Positions 1-12,226 of a stretch of 64,000 bases of DNA are shown here, piece after piece. The notes under the pieces were generated by a model. The model saw only the letters and a list, made by a program, of their open reading frames with translations, ran no database searches and was not told the origin of the DNA. A program made the translations under genes and the position numbers. Every line of letters begins with the position of its first letter. Within the stretch, counting starts at the first letter, position 1. The stretch is from Octopus sinensis (Eukaryota): positions 86,056,001 to 86,120,000 of the forward strand of contig NC_042997.1 in the NCBI RefSeq assembly GCF_006345805.1, read 5' to 3'.

Positions 1-97
1 GTTTTTGTTGTTGATGTTTTTCCCCAGCTAAGCCTTGATCAAAAGCATGACAATCATCATCAACTTGTCTTTTTAGGAGTATCTAGGACTACATTAT

Positions 98-308
98 TTA
101 AATCTTTAGCATTTAATCCAGCCATATCCAGCCCAAATGTTCTACCTGTTGAATGCTATGATCCACCAGATACATGTAATGCCATTCTAAAAATATACCA
201 AATGCACTATTGAAATCTTGAAGCTACAAGATAATGTATGATTAATTCAAATCAGTGTGAAAAAATAAATATTACATTTGACAAAAAAATCTGAATGTTA
301 AAGGATTA
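98..308. mobile_element. Short non-autonomous element with TTAA-type ends (piggyBac-like MITE)
   Basis: Ends ttaaatctttagcatt ... aatgttaaaggattaa are imperfect inverted repeats; the body is the reverse complement of copies at 25520-25752 and 29779-30006. Confidence 0.55.
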
Positions 309-1539
309 ATATGTTCTTTTCTTATTTACACCGTAGGGAGAAATTTGATGATGACTTGTCTTTTTTTTTCTAACGGCCCAAACAACAATGAAGAGATTTT
401 CTTCTGATTCAAAACCTTTGGGGTTTTTAATGACTTTACAAATTGGATTTGATTATAGCACTTGGAGATTAGGATGTCTAGAGGAAGGAGCTTTGCTCAT
501 TGCCACAGGAGGTGGTTGGTTAGTAACATAGCACAGAGCTTAAACTTAGTTCACATATTGATGTTGCAGTTATTTTGATTTGCTTGTGTGTTTGTGATTT
601 CCACTGGATCAAGTGGGAGAGACAGCCTGTAATTATAATATGTTCACATAAAGGAAATATAACAGCCTTCTTTGAAGCACATTACTCAACATACTTCAAA
701 GAATTTGACCTTGCAAGGAATGAAGATTTAAAGAAGAGAAACAACAACAGACAAAATAATAGGTTACACATTTCTTATTTGTATTCCTTATTTGATTTCT
801 TTTTAAAGTTGTTTTTCATTTTCAAGCAATTTTAAAGTTAATGGCTAATTTTCTCATTTTAATGCATTTTACAGAGTCAGTTTTCTTTGGAATAACTGAA
901 TGGCTACTAGTTTTACATGGGATGAAGAAAAGAAAAATGTTTTGGAATGAGTGAAAAATTAGAAACTAATTTAAATCTCAAATTGTAAAATTTTTCTTGA
1001 TGCAGTGACATTTTTATGGGACTGTTCAATGCAGATTATCATGCTATAAAGATGACTGTTATATAAAATTTTACTTTTATTTATTCTTTTTATTTGAAAC
1101 CCTTACTGTTTCTCATCAAATTCCAAAACATTTGCATGACTGGCATTGATTTTTTACAAAATTTGTCTTTGGCATATGCCGTTCTGACTGCCGTTCTCAC
1201 TGACTCAATGGAAGATCTTTTCTTGAGATGATGACAGACCTATGAAATGAACATTGTTGAATCTAGTATTCTCCTGTTGGGTGAATTCTTTACTGTAGCA
1301 ATCACATGCAATCTATAAATAGAACAAGCAGATGTATTCAATGAGAAAACTGATCTAAGATGTGTGGTAACCCTTGTCTAAAGCTGAGTTCTACAACCAT
1401 TGCTTGTTACTTTCTTTTGACCCAATAAGTATGTCCAAATCAAATTAACATACACTTGTTAATTATACAATACAGGCATTGATCATAGCATTCTAAAGTA
1501 TCAATTTACACATCAGTTTTATTCTTGATCCAGCAGGTA

Positions 1540-1690
1540 TTTCAACCATGCCCATTCCAATTTTTCCTTCTTTTTTGTTACCAGATATTATATCTAGCTC
1601 TACATTATCCAGTGTGCCTTTCCTAGGATGGTAAGGTGTGATTTGTGGGAGATTTGGCTGCTACTTCTTACAAACACATAGAAGTTGTCT
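1540..1690. repeat. Unclassified interspersed repeat (representative copy)
   Basis: Motif ctacattatcca...aggtgtgatttg...gatttggctgcta recurs near 20-100, 11450-11570 and 37820-37950, and inverted near 14560-14710 and 43690-43870. Confidence 0.5.
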
Positions 1691-3484
1691 TTAAATATTT
1701 AGTGAAATAAATCTAGAGTCCTTTCCAAGCAACCTGGTTCCGAAGTAAGGCTATAGAAGAAGTTAACCTTTTGTGAGGTAAGCTTTAGCTGCATAAATAT
1801 TTGAACCCAGTACTGTAAACTAATGAAACATCAATGTTTATTGTGCTACCACTTCTGACATCCTTTGCTACCTTTTTACAATTGTTTTATGCAGAAGTCT
1901 CTTGACTGACATTAATGTAGTGTTAGTCAGTGAGATAACATGAACCAGAACCCTTATGTAGTCTGCCACCTCTATTGATTCAGCTTGTGGCACTGTGACA
2001 CTTTTCACTAATGATAGAATCAAAGAAAGTTTATTCTGTAATCATATTGCAACAGTGACAAACGTGAAAATGTATGTTGCTGGCAGCTTCCACATCAATG
2101 AGAATGCAAAGGATATCCAATTTCTTTTTAAAGTATTTCAAGATCCATAATATTGTAACAAAAACCTACAAGGTCACATAACGTGTTCCATAAGTACTTT
2201 TAAAGAAAGATGAAGAAAAAAGAAAACAAACAAAAATCAATCATTCATTTCTGTTCTTCCTTCTGTCAGTTATCTGGAAACTGTTGCCATGCATGCAGCT
2301 CTCTCATTGATTTCTGGCATCACTCATGATTCCTGACAATGTTTTGTCAGTGCTGTAGTTGTTTTCCTTCTTGTTCTTGTTAACCTTGTCATCAATGTTA
2401 TCGCTGTCATTGTCAGCATCATCATCTTTCTTTGTCATATTCATAACGATTGTATATTGTTGTTGTTTAGCTTCAGATCTGCCCTGATCCAACAGACCTA
2501 TGATTAAAGACACTCCATCCATGAGCAACCTATTTTTTCAAGGGTTTCTAAGAAAATATTATCCAATGTGTCTATCTTTAAGACAACAGAATGGGATTTA
2601 GATTTTATTTTCTAGCAATTTGAACAATTCATTGGAGGCTTGATATTTTTGACAGTATCTCCACAACTGCTCGACTTGTTGGAAACAGCAGCCAAATTTT
2701 TTCCCCCCAGTTATATCCTACTGTCTTAAATAATAGCACTTTGGGTAATGTAGTTTCTGGTATACGAAAAGACATGATGATTATATCTGAAACACTTCTG
2801 ATCAAAGTCTCCTCAATCAGGTCTGGCCTGTGGTTAAACCACAACATCTATAAATCATAAGGTGTCATGCCTATCTAAGAATTCTTGATTGAGATGTTGT
2901 AAAAGCAAAGTAAATATTTGAACATACCACTGTTTTACTACTAAGCAAATGGACCAGCTGAATAGAAATTTCTTGATCAATTACTGTGTTTGTAATCTTC
3001 AGCTATCCATGTTTCATTCTTACATTTTGGAACAATTGATTTTGTTATTCGCTTTGACTAGGCACATGGCCAATGTTTTGTAAACAAAGAGTATAATCAA
3101 TTGATTTCTCATACAGGCACTAGGCCAGTTTTTAATAGTGAAATGGTAAAGTAAGTTAACATAGTAACTATAGCACATTGGAGAGCAGGGATGGCTGAAT
3201 GGAAAGCGTAGCAGAAAACTAGTTGAGAGATTATGTTTTATCTTTGGCACTGTGTTCTATGTCAGAACACTTAACTCTCAGATTGCACCGTCAGCCCAGC
3301 TCTAAATGAATACTGACTGAGACATAGGCAGGGCCGTATGATGAAAAAGCTCACTTCCTAACCGTGGGTGTTGGATTCCATCATGCTTTCATGGCACCAA
3401 TGGCAAATGTCTTCTACTATAGCCTCAGACTGAATAACGCTTTGTAAGTGAAACCAGCTAATTGAAGCCTGATATAATATCGCA

Positions 3485-3517
<33 letters not shown>

Positions 3518-3519
<2 letters not shown>

Positions 3520-4365
3520 GATGTGATGAATAAACTGTCAATAAATTTTTGCTTAAAATACACAAAATGAAAATAACACTGACATCTCATTTAACAGATA
3601 TATTTACCAAATTACATAAAAATATCTTGAAATACTAAAGAGTAAATTTATTCAATAAAATCACCATTGGCTTCGACCATGGCCTCCAGATGACTTCAGA
3701 ATCTCCTGCAACTCTTCTGGATGGTCTCCTTGTTGAAGTTGGTGAATGCTGCTATAATCCTTGCCTTCAGTTCATCTTTGGTGTTACAAGGAGTTTTGGT
3801 GGTTTCTCATTCAACTGCACCTTACACATAATAATCAAGAAGATTGCAGTCTTGTGGTCGCAAAAATTGTCTGACAGCCATGACTGGATTTTCCTGCTTC
3901 TATGACATGGTGCAGAGTCCTGTTGCTAGACATAGGTTCTTTCAGCAGCCACCCTCTTTATCCAAGGCAACACTACCTCCTCCAGGCATTTGATGTAAGC
4001 CTCTGTGTTGAGTCTGAGGCTGTGTGGGAAGATAAATAGAGGCATAACATCACCATCACTAGCGATCACTCTAAACATCATGATGCTGACTGCATGTTTG
4101 ATTTTTATCACTCTTGGTACATGCACAGTCCTCAGATTGATGCCCAAATACTCTGAAATGTTTGTATTGGAGCTTCAGGTGCAAATGCCAAACAGTACAA
4201 CAAGTCGTTTCCAAATTTCTGGCTGAGTGAATTGCATCATGGTGTTGTTTTTCTCACAGACAGTACCCAACTGATCCAACTATATTGTGTAATTGACAAA
4301 TTCAAAATCCAACAGTCTACAAAATAAAAAATATAAAATGGCAACAATTTACCCATCACATCCTG
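3518..4365 (-). mobile_element. Internally deleted Tc1/mariner-superfamily transposon (maT/DD37D-like), transposase pseudogene
   Basis: Imperfect TIRs aggatgtgatgaataaa (3518) and tttacccatcacatcctg|ta (4365); minus-strand peptide KHAVSIMMFRVIASDGDVMPLFIFPHSLRLNTEAYIKCLEEVVLPWIK...YV*QQDSAPCH matches the DDD catalytic region. Confidence 0.85.
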
Positions 4366-4810
4366 TATATATAGAATGATGATGGTGATAAAGAGAGAGA
4401 CATGCTGGGGCATCACTTTGAAGGGTTTAGACAAGCATATTGAGTCTTGTACTTATACTTTTTTTAAGTCTGGTACTTAATTTATCGATCTCTGTGGCTG
4501 AAATGTTAAATTACAGGGATGTAAACAAACACTAGTTGTCAATCGGCAAGGGAACAATTACAGAGGCAATGCATATGATTATATATGTGTATATGTGTGT
4601 GTGTGTGTGTGTGTATACATACACACACAGGTAAGCACATAGGTATGTGTGGTTAAGATGTTTCCTTTGCAAGCACATGGTTTTGGGTTCAGTCTCACTG
4701 AGCAGTGGCTTGGGTGTCTTCTACAATAGCCAACCAATGCCTTGTGAAGAAATTTGATAGAAACTGTGTGGAAGTCAATTATATGTGTGTGCATATATAT
4801 ATATATATAT

Positions 4811-5368
4811 TCATCTGGTTTTGCACCTATGTCGCATAGACCGCACCTTCTGTTGCCGTTGGTATAGGGCTTACATCTGGCCAAAATCTTCCAATGGAGA
4901 GATGACTTATCTGGAAAAGCAGCTTAGACCCTACTACATGTCTAAACACAAGGACAGAACTTTTCGGTTCTTGCCCATATGTGACTAAATTTCTGTTACG
5001 TTTTTGGTCCCCTAAAGAAAACAGATAGAACATGCTTTCTATGTTATGTCCCAAGAAGATTTTATATATTTTTATATATTTTTTATGTATTTTTATATAA
5101 TTTTTATGGCGAAAAATGCGAGCGATGTATAAGTACGCAGGCAAGCAGAGTTATAACACAGTAATTTCCCTTTATATAACGGTATTTTTTCATAGCATTT
5201 TCAAATAGCCAGATAACCGAAGAGATGTCGTGGATTCCCACTTTGGCATCTGAAACTCAGAGTTTTATCTTGACTATCGAGTAATGTAACATATAATTGT
5301 ATAGATAAATTTCCTCTATTTACATAATATTAAGGTCTCTTTCTTTCTTTTGTTATCTTACCGTTTTA

Positions 5369-5372
<4 letters not shown>
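4811..5372. mobile_element. Penelope-like element remnant: GIY-YIG endonuclease C-terminus (minus strand) next to a hammerhead-bearing terminal repeat (plus strand)
   Basis: Minus strand gives ...SHIW...WKILARCKPYTNGNRRCGLC, typical of the Penelope endonuclease end; hammerhead motif at 5211-5270; flanked by (TA)n on both sides. Confidence 0.7.
5211..5270 (+). ncRNA. Type I hammerhead ribozyme-like motif with variant core
   Basis: Stem I agataa/ttatct; core CCGAAGA; stem II gatgtc/ggcatc with inner gtgg/ccac; extra T then GAAA; stem III ctc-a-gag; TT cleavage site. Confidence 0.6.
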
Positions 5373-5422
<50 letters not shown>

Positions 5423-6711
5423 AATATGTGAAGTATTATTACTGTTATAAACAGTAATAATAAGGTGGCTAGCAAAACTTCTACCTATACAGGTACAATA
5501 TAAACTATTTGAAAAAAAAGAAGGGTATATTTATTGTAAGTGTTTTTTGGAAGCTGTTGCTTTAATTTTTAGCAAGTGGTATTTTTACCATTCTTCTCTT
5601 CAGTTATATATGTATATATATTTTTTTCATGTATATACATGCATATGTGAGTGTGTATGTGGAATTAATTAATGGACCCTCTTCTAGTTTCCACAATGAG
5701 CAATCATTTATACCATCAACTTAATTAGCCACTCATTTAGTAAGTGTGTAAGTGGCTGAATATTTCACAGATAAGTGTATTGTTAAGGTAATTCTTAGGC
5801 AGGATTAACATGACACAATGTGGATTGGGCTATTCCTTGAAATTCCAGCTACAGTCCCTTTGACATGCCTCTGCACATTCTGTCTGCCCAATTTTACCCA
5901 TAAGGGATGAGCTTACAGTAAAACCTACTTTTTCAAAATACCATATAGTATGATTGAACCTGAGAATTCATGATTGCAAATTGAACTTCTTAACCACCTA
6001 GCATGCCTGCATTCATGTGTGTGTGCGTATGCACATATTTGTGTGTGTGTGTGTGTGTATGTAAATGCATACATGTACCTTTTGTATTTCTATTTCCTTA
6101 TTCTGATTGGCTCTGAAGCCCCCACATTAATAAAAAACATTTTTCTCCTTCATATTGAAACAAACAAGTTGATTTGTTTGCAAAATATATTGCTTTATGT
6201 CCTATCTAAGCCATAACCCCCTCCACACACACACACATACACACACACTCACACACACACTTCCCTACCTACCTTATTCTCTCCTTCACTCTTTCTCTGT
6301 GAATCTCTCACTTCTCCTAATTCGTTTTTACTGGGCTTTTTTTTTTGTCTCTATTTTCTCTCATACTGCCACACTCTGTTTATACATATGTGCATGTGTG
6401 CTTGTATGTATATAAATATATTAGACTCCTTCTATCACTTTCCTTCTCTGTCATAAAATCTCTCTACCTCGTATGATTACATTGGTAACAAGAGACTACA
6501 GAAGAGACAGACAGACAGAAATAAAGGAGTTCATAAAAGGTAAGCCTTGAAGTGGAAAGGAACAAAGCAAGAGGGGAAACTAGGTAGAAGAGGAGAAAGA
6601 GAAGGAAAATAAGAAGACTGAGTTAGATGAGGAAAAACAAAGAAATGACAAAATAAACTGGAGAAAGATGAAAATGAAAAAGTGGCAGAAAAAAGCTGCA
6701 CAAAGAACTAA

Positions 6712-6720
6712 ATAATAATA

Positions 6721-6751
<31 letters not shown>
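6712..6751. repeat. (TAA)n microsatellite
   Basis: Direct reading; explains the poly-Tyr ORF. Confidence 0.95.
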
Positions 6752-6752
<1 letters not shown>

Positions 6753-7214
6753 TGGTGGTGGTGGCGGTGGCACCTACTGTGGTGATGCACAAAAGAACAA
6801 TTCTACATGTGTTAAATTGAAAAAAAAACTGGAGAAAACAATGAGAAAGATTTGGAGTTAGTGGTGGTGGAAGAGAGAGCGAGGATTTTTATTTTTGGGT
6901 CAAATAAAATCTTTTAGTTCTTTGGACACGAGTCAATTAGTTATGTAGTGTGACAGAGTGGAAATGTTCTGAAAATGCAGCAAAGTATTGGTCAATAAGA
7001 GAGAGAGAGAGAGAGAGAGAGATGGGGGGGGAGAGAGACTCAGTTTAGACCAAGACAGCAAGTTTAAATGAAGATTGAATGACAGACAGATATATAGAGA
7101 TAGATGGAGGGAAGGAAGTGTGAAAGAAAAATTGATAGGTGGAACTACTATATATTAAATGGTGAATAGATTCCCACACACAAGCAGACCAAACAGCCAG
7201 ATATAGATAGGCAA

Positions 7215-7247
<33 letters not shown>

Positions 7248-7252
<5 letters not shown>

Positions 7253-7945
7253 GGTATGTAGAAAAATACAACATGGACAAGAACGTATAACTCATAGAAG
7301 ACGATACAATAAACGTGGACAGGACATTCGAACCCCTCAGTCTTCAGTCAAGAACCGGATCATCGTAGTAATTTTGGCTGATTAATCTTGAGATTACTAG
7401 ATCACGGCCAGCCCTCCAAGAAAAACTAAGCTGGAAGCGTAGATTTCCTGGAAGAAGGATCGAATGCATACGAACACCAGGACAGCAAAAGGGACAGATA
7501 TAAAAAAACAAAAAACAATAATGGAATACAGAAACATGAAATACAGAAGCATTAACGGTGAAAACAACAAGTGTCTTACGACTGATAACAAGCAAACAAA
7601 TTTTTTCTCTGGCGCATTGGAAAAAGCCTTTATAGCGGCGGACGAAGAACAACGATGTTAACACGACGAGGGTCAGGAGCTGAAAGGCAGATTTCGGCCA
7701 ACAGTCACGTGACAGAGAAGAGGGAAAAGAAAAGAAAGAGAAGCAAAGGAAGAGAGAGAGAGAAAAGGGGGACAAAACGCAACAAAGAGAGAGAAGAGAG
7801 AGAAAGAAGGAATCAGAGAGGAGAAGGGATGGGTGTCGAAGAATGACCTGTGAGTGCAGAGCGAGACAAAGAAATAGGAGGGTAGTGGAAGACTAGACCA
7901 AAGGATCAGAGGAAAGAGAAGATGAATAGAGAGAAAGTAAAGATG
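7248..7945. mobile_element. Unclassified CpG-retaining interspersed element, possibly a Penelope-type terminal repeat
   Basis: Sharp start after (TA)n; CpG-rich relative to flanks; purine-rich distal half; minus strand has CTGAAGA...CGAA-TGTC at 7323-7347. Confidence 0.4.
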
Positions 7946-7990
7946 AGAGAGAGAGAGAGACAAACAGAAGCACACATGCACACACACACA

Positions 7991-8190
7991 CAGAAGGGTG
8001 CTGAAAAGATCCTGGCTTTGGCTATAAGAAAATACAGGAGGATCAGTTAATTGTGACTTTGTTCACCACATTGCCCTCTCAGGTTCACACACTTGTTGCA
8101 GTGGCCCTTCAGTTTTTAGAAGCCTTGCAAAAGAACTCAGAAGGTTAGGCCTTTGTGATACCCTTAAAGCCAGGAACTTTTCAGCACTGC

Positions 8191-8194
<4 letters not shown>
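7991..8194. mobile_element. Mariner-type MITE
   Basis: TIRs gggtgctgaaaagatcctggcttt / aaagccaggaacttttcagcac; right end followed by TA. Confidence 0.75.
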
Positions 8195-8232
<38 letters not shown>

Positions 8233-8258
8233 TATATATATATATATATATATATACA

Positions 8259-8454
8259 TGGAGGCGCAATGGCCCGGTGGTTAGGGCAGCAGATTTGCGG
8301 CATTGTGAGTGTTTATTGAGTGAAAACGCCTAAAGTTCCACGAGGCTCCTGCAGGGGGTGGTGTCATTTGAAGGCTAAAACAATGCGAAGTGCATTGTGA
8401 CCAGCAATGTGTAGCAACATCTGATAGCCTGATCGGTCATGGTGGTCACGGTGA
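8259..8454 (+). mobile_element. tRNA-derived SINE family C, internally deleted
   Basis: Head ggaggcgcaatggcccggtggttagggcagc shared with copies at 34982 and 35221. Confidence 0.7.
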
Positions 8455-8456
8455 TA

Positions 8457-8501
<45 letters not shown>

Positions 8502-8628
8502 GCATGTAATACAATTTTTCTGAATTTTCAGATATTTTTCTATATGCTAGGCCACTGGTTTTAAATTGATGTTAATTAAATTAATATTCAATTTATCACC
8601 CTCATTATTTTAATATATATATATATAT

Positions 8629-8629
<1 letters not shown>

Positions 8630-8667
<38 letters not shown>

Positions 8668-8795
8668 GTTTAGCGTCCGCTTTCCATGCTATCATGGGTT
8701 GGGCGGTTCAACTGGGGTCTGGGAAGCCAGAAGGCTACACCAGGCCCAGTCTGATCTGGCAATGTTTCTACGGCTGGATGCCCCTCCTAATGCCA
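8630..8795 (-). mobile_element. 3' end of RTE-type retroelement with (GAT)n tail
   Basis: (CAT)n followed by gtttagcgtccgctttccatgct; same terminus as 11680-11830, 24150-24312 and 40925-41030. Confidence 0.75.
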
Positions 8796-8814
8796 TATAT
8801 ATATATATATATAT

Positions 8815-8894
<80 letters not shown>

Positions 8895-9556
8895 ATACAC
8901 ACACATACATACAAATATATACAATGTGAAAATAATGAATTATTTTTATAAAAGCAACACAGGAGGAACATGGTTTAATAAATTTGATATTATCAATGCA
9001 TTTTATTGGGAAATGTATCCAAACTTTTCCTATATTAGTCCTTCATCAGAACAAAGAGAAAAACATAAAGCAAGTTAGAAAGAGAAATAGTCAGTGAAAG
9101 AGAGGGAGAAAATGATTATAATAATAATAATAATAATAATAATGATAATAATAATAATAATAATAATAACAACAACAATGGTTTCAAATTTTGGCTTGAG
9201 GCCAGTTATTTCAGGAGAGGGATAGAGTTGATTACATCAACCCAGTGTTCATTAGTACATATTTTACTAGTATGATCACTACCAGCATCGCCTTACTGGC
9301 ACTTATGCCTGTGCTAGTAGGGTGCCAAAGAATGAAATGCAAAGTCAAGCTGAGCAGTATTTGAACACCTTTCTATTAAAGGCACTAGGCTTGAAATTTT
9401 GTGGCCAGGAGATACTCAGTTGCATTGACTTCAGTACTCAGCTGGTACTTATTTTATCAAACCTGAAAAGATGGAAGGCAAATTTGGCCTTGATAGGATT
9501 TCAACTGAGAACATAAAGACAGATAAAATGCCACTGAGCACATACATGTATATATA

Positions 9557-9596
<40 letters not shown>

Positions 9597-9605
<9 letters not shown>

Positions 9606-10273
9606 TCACACACACATACAGAGGGATTGAGGTAGACAGGTAGACACTCATATCATAGTTTCCTGTGAACAATTTAACCCAGACAAAGATTCTTTTTGAA
9701 AATGTGTTTACTTTATTTTATTTTTTACATTTATAAATGTTTCCCTCTTGAGCCACGCCAGGCTCATTAGGGCCAGTTTCAATGCCATATATATTCCCCA
9801 ACTGGATGGGATGCCAGTCCATCACATGATTACTCATTTTTGCTAGCTGAGTGGACTGGAACAATATGAAATGAAGTATTTTGCTCAAGAACACAATGTG
9901 GCATCTGATCCAGGAATCGAAATCACACTCTTACGATCATGAGTCCAACACGCTAACCACTAAGCCACATGCCTCCACTATATATGTGTGTGTGTGTGTG
10001 AGAGAGTATATATATATGCTCACACACACATAGTTGCTATTATGCAAAAGTGTCAAAGACCAAAATGTTGCTTTTTCAGAAAACGAAAAAATAGTTTCAC
10101 TATACCATAACAAAACCACTGTACTACACTTTGTCAATTTTTTATTTCTTGGCATCTGAAGTGGCTGGAGATACAAGGGTCTGACCAAAAGAACCAGCTA
10201 TTGCAAGCAAAAATAAATATTGAAAAAAAATGCATTTGGCCAAATTTGAACATATGACAGTTTAACATTATAG

Positions 10274-10314
<41 letters not shown>

Positions 10315-10997
10315 TATATATATATGTACTCACACACACATACAGAGGGATTGAGGTAGACAGGTAGACACTCATATCATAGTTTCCTGTGAACAATTTA
10401 ACCCAGACAAAGATTCTTTTTGAAAATGTGTTTACTTTATTTTATTTTTTACATTTATAAATGTTTCCCTCTTGAGCCACGCCAGGCTCATTAGGGCCAG
10501 TTTCAATGCCATATATATTCCCCAACTGGATGGGATGCCAGTCCATCACATGATTACTCATTTTTGCTAGCTGAGTGGACTGGAACAATATGAAATGAAG
10601 TATTTTGCTCAAGAACACAATGTGGCATCTGATCCAGGAATCGAAATCACACTCTTACGATCATGAGTCCAACACGCTAACCACTAAGCCACATGCCTCC
10701 ACTATATATGTGTGTGTGTGTGTGTGAGAGTATATATATATGCTCACACACACATAGTTGCTATTATGCAAAAGTGTCAAAGACCAAAATGTTGCTTTTT
10801 CAGAAAACGAAAAAATAGTTTCACTATACCATAACAAAACCACTGTACTACACTTTGTCAATTTTTTATTTCTTGGCATCTGAAGTGGCTGGAGATACAA
10901 GGGTCTGACCAAAAGAACCAGCTATTGCAAGCAAAAATAAATATTGAAAAAAAATGCATTTGGCCAAATTTGAACATATGACAGTTTAACATTATAG

Positions 10998-11020
<23 letters not shown>
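9597..11020. repeat. Near-identical tandem duplication, 2 x 724 bp
   Basis: tgtactcacacacacatacagagggattgagg at 9601 and 10325; ORFs 9937-10188 and 10661-10912 differ by one residue; (TA)n at all three junctions. Confidence 0.95.
9745..9978 (-). mobile_element. tRNA-derived SINE (duplicated at 10469-10702)
   Basis: Minus-strand head ggaggcatgtggcttagtggttagc with B-box-like gatttcgattcc. Confidence 0.7.
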
Positions 11021-11034
<14 letters not shown>

Positions 11035-11038
<4 letters not shown>

Positions 11039-11195
11039 CGGGAAGCTTTATGAAAATAAACAAAAGACGAAGGCAGGTGGAAAACAAACGAACAATTGTA
11101 TTAGTATGGCGCTCAGGAAATATAAATAAAACAAGTCTTTAACGTTTCGAGCCTACGCTCTTCAACAGAAAGATACACAGAGAGAGAAAAACACA
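11035..11195 (-). mobile_element. Short hammerhead-bearing repeat (Penelope/retrozyme-like terminus)
   Basis: End taacgggaagctttatgaaaataaacaaaagacgaaggcaggt recurs at 51895-51937; contains hammerhead motif at 11136-11173; abuts (TA)n. Confidence 0.6.
11136..11173 (-). ncRNA. Minimal hammerhead ribozyme-like motif (A6U variant, palindromic helix III)
   Basis: Minus strand: tcttt CTGTTGA A gagc gtag gctc GAAA CG TT aaaga; stems I and II pair perfectly. Confidence 0.6.
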
Positions 11196-11680
11196 GATAT
11201 ATACACATCATATACACTGTATATTATTTCTAAGAAACATAACGACCCTACTAAACATCATGTGCCCATCACCACCTCCATAATGCCCTTTTGTAAGCTC
11301 ACATCACTCCTAAGAGGATATTACCACTCAGGTTAAGATCCACTAATGTAAAACCTTGCTCACTTAACACAATGCTGAGGTGGTTTAGTCTTAGGTGGGT
11401 CCTAACTGTGGTCTTATGAAAGACACCTATCCTTTGCACTGAGCTGTGTCTAGAACTACATTATCCATTTGTATCCTTCTCCACCCCCTACCTTTAAGAC
11501 TGAGATTTGGATTGGGTGACCATGTAGCTATTAGAAACAAAAAAATATCTTACTGCTACTCTGAAGACTTCCAACTGAAAATACCATTCTTTAACTATCT
11601 TGTGATCATACTTATAAATTATACTGGCTGTGACTTCCAATTATTTTGGAAAATAATCAAAAATTTTTAAGTGTTTAGTA

Positions 11681-12226
11681 ATCATCATCATCATTTAACG
11701 TCCGCTTTCCATGCTAGCATGGGTTGGACGATTTTGACTGAGGGCTGGCGAGCCAGATGGCTGCACCAGGCTCCAGTCTTGATCTGGCAGAGTTTCTACA
11801 GCTGGATGCCCTTCCTAACACCAACCACTCCGGGAGTGTTGTGGGTGCTTTTTACATGCCACCGGCACAGGGGCCAGTCAGGCAGCATTGGCAATGACCT
11901 CGCTAGAATCTTTTTACAAGTGCCATTTGCACGGGTACCAGTGAAGCGACGTTGGTAACGATCACGCTCAAATGGTGCCCTTTTACGTGCCACGGGTACG
12001 GAAGCCAGTTGGCTGCTCTGGCAACGATCATGCTTGGATGGTGCTCTTGGCACCCTACTAGCACAGGCATAAGTGCCAGTAAGGCGATGCTGGTAGTGAT
12101 CATACTAGAATAGCCGCTCTGTCAACAATCACACTCGTATGGTGCTCTTTGCACCCCGCTAGCATAAATGCCAGTCATCAAACTGATTTTGATTTTTGAT
12201 TTCACTTGCCTCAACAGGTCTTCGCA
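11681..12226 (-). mobile_element. RTE LINE 3' UTR fragment with internal sub-repeats and (GAT)n tail
   Basis: Similar in reverse to the 3' UTR after the RT ORF at 61260-61490 (gcaagtgaaatcaaa); repeated ggtaacgatcacgctc-like units. Confidence 0.7.

Noticed and set aside
2304-2528. Asp/Asn/Lys-rich 74-aa ORF
   Set aside because: Derived from degenerate trinucleotide low-complexity sequence and a repeat; no recognisable domain.
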